Shown one piece after another: positions 48,093-48,738 of a stretch of 48,738 bases of DNA (positions are counted from its first letter, which is position 1; every line of letters starts with the position of its first letter). The position numbers and the translations under genes were made by a program. Under the pieces are notes generated by a model. It saw nothing but the letters and a program-made list of their open reading frames with translations. It was not told the origin of the DNA and ran no database searches. Source of the DNA: Ferruginibacter sp. (lineage in GTDB: Bacteria; Bacteroidota; Bacteroidia; Chitinophagales; Chitinophagaceae); contig JBGTJG010000144.1 in the NCBI GenBank assembly GCA_041745235.1, positions 1-48,738 on the forward strand, given 5' to 3'.

Positions 48093-48738
48093 ATGAAAAG
48101 AATTTACTTATTAGCTGCGCTTTGCAGTTTTGCTTCGGTGTCTTATGCGCAAAAAACACAGCCAAAGGATACCGCTTACAATCCCAAATACAACGATACC
48201 ATGCGGTTTGGTAATGTGATGATCATAAAGAAGAATAAAAGAGCAAAGAATGATACTACGATCATCATAGCAGACAGCATCACACCTAAAAAGAATTCAC
48301 GAGTAAGCACAAATTACGGTGTGATTGATATCGGTTTTTCAAATTTTAATGACCAAACTAATTATGCGGCTGCCGGCAGTAATCTTGTAAATCGTCCCGG
48401 GTTTCCACCCCTCGGTGAGGCTGATTTTAAGTTGCGTGGCGGTAAAAGTATTAATATTAACGTGTGGTTTTTTATGCAAAAATTGCAGCTTGTAAAAAAT
48501 CATGTAAATCTTAAGTACGGCTTGGGCGTTGAATTAAACAATTATCATTTTCGCTCGCCGATAAGCTTTAAAGAAAATGGTTTGGTCCCTTACACCGGCG
48601 GTATGCAAACAAATGCCCCCTTTGTTTTCCGTGATTCTGTGTCATTTTCAAAGAATAAGCTCGCCGCAGATTACCTCACCATTCCGCTGATGCTGAATTT
48701 CACTACAGCAAAAAAAACAGGAAAACCCGGCTTCAGTG
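48093..48738 (+). CDS. Outer membrane beta-barrel protein (PorT-like), runs off the window end; not in the ORF track
   Basis: Manual translation MKRIYLLAALCSFASVSYAQ...NLKYGLGVELNNYHF...SKNKLAADYLTIPLMLNF, open to the end. Confidence 0.8.
   Translation, partial: MKRIYLLAALCSFASVSYAQKTQPKDTAYNPKYNDTMRFGNVMIIKKNKRAKNDTTIIIADSITPKKNSRVSTNYGVIDIGFSNFNDQTNYAAAGSNLVNRPGFPPLGEADFKLRGGKSININVWFFMQKLQLVKNHVNLKYGLGVELNNYHFRSPISFKENGLVPYTGGMQTNAPFVFRDSVSFSKNKLAADYLTIPLMLNFTTAKKTGKPGFS

Noticed and set aside
1..48738. CRISPR arrays, tRNA/rRNA genes, transposases, integrases, phage or defence genes
   Set aside because: No regularly spaced repeats or diagnostic motifs seen by eye; not confirmed computationally

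Overview
Chromosomal window from a Bacteroidota organism, probably Chitinophagaceae-like. Evidence: TAnnTTTG promoters, AT-rich non-Shine-Dalgarno starts, several TonB-dependent receptors, DUF4290-murA-gmk synteny and an Asp-type MurA. The first ~27 kb is mostly housekeeping and envelope genes (amino-acid permease, trans-sulfuration enzyme, TolC plus adaptor, AmgK/RapZ-like kinase plus MurU, pheS, lpxD paralog, gmk, murA). 27.1-34.6 kb looks accessory: a two-gene islet bounded by a degenerate duplication of the DUF4290 5' end, dctA, a tandem pair of membrane desaturases, and a C39-like peptidase with a gene remnant. 34.6-43.4 kb is a metal-homeostasis cluster (P1B ATPase, RcnA-like permease, DUF3703, two Cys-motif TonB receptors, atypical periplasmic HMA protein, thioredoxin-like protein). 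kbl and an ECF sigma/anti-sigma/beta-barrel operon close the window. Three signals stand out. (1) An unannotated 24-aa CxxC leader ORF and terminator hairpin lie directly in front of the metal-efflux genes, a candidate attenuator. (2) An identical 20-bp TTGAC-N4-GTCAA operator sits at identical promoter spacing before DUF2238 and the desaturase pair. (3) A DtxR/MntR-type box lies inside the promoter of a TonB receptor. No rRNA, tRNA, CRISPR array, transposase or integrase was recognised. All family calls come from motif recognition by eye, not database searches.
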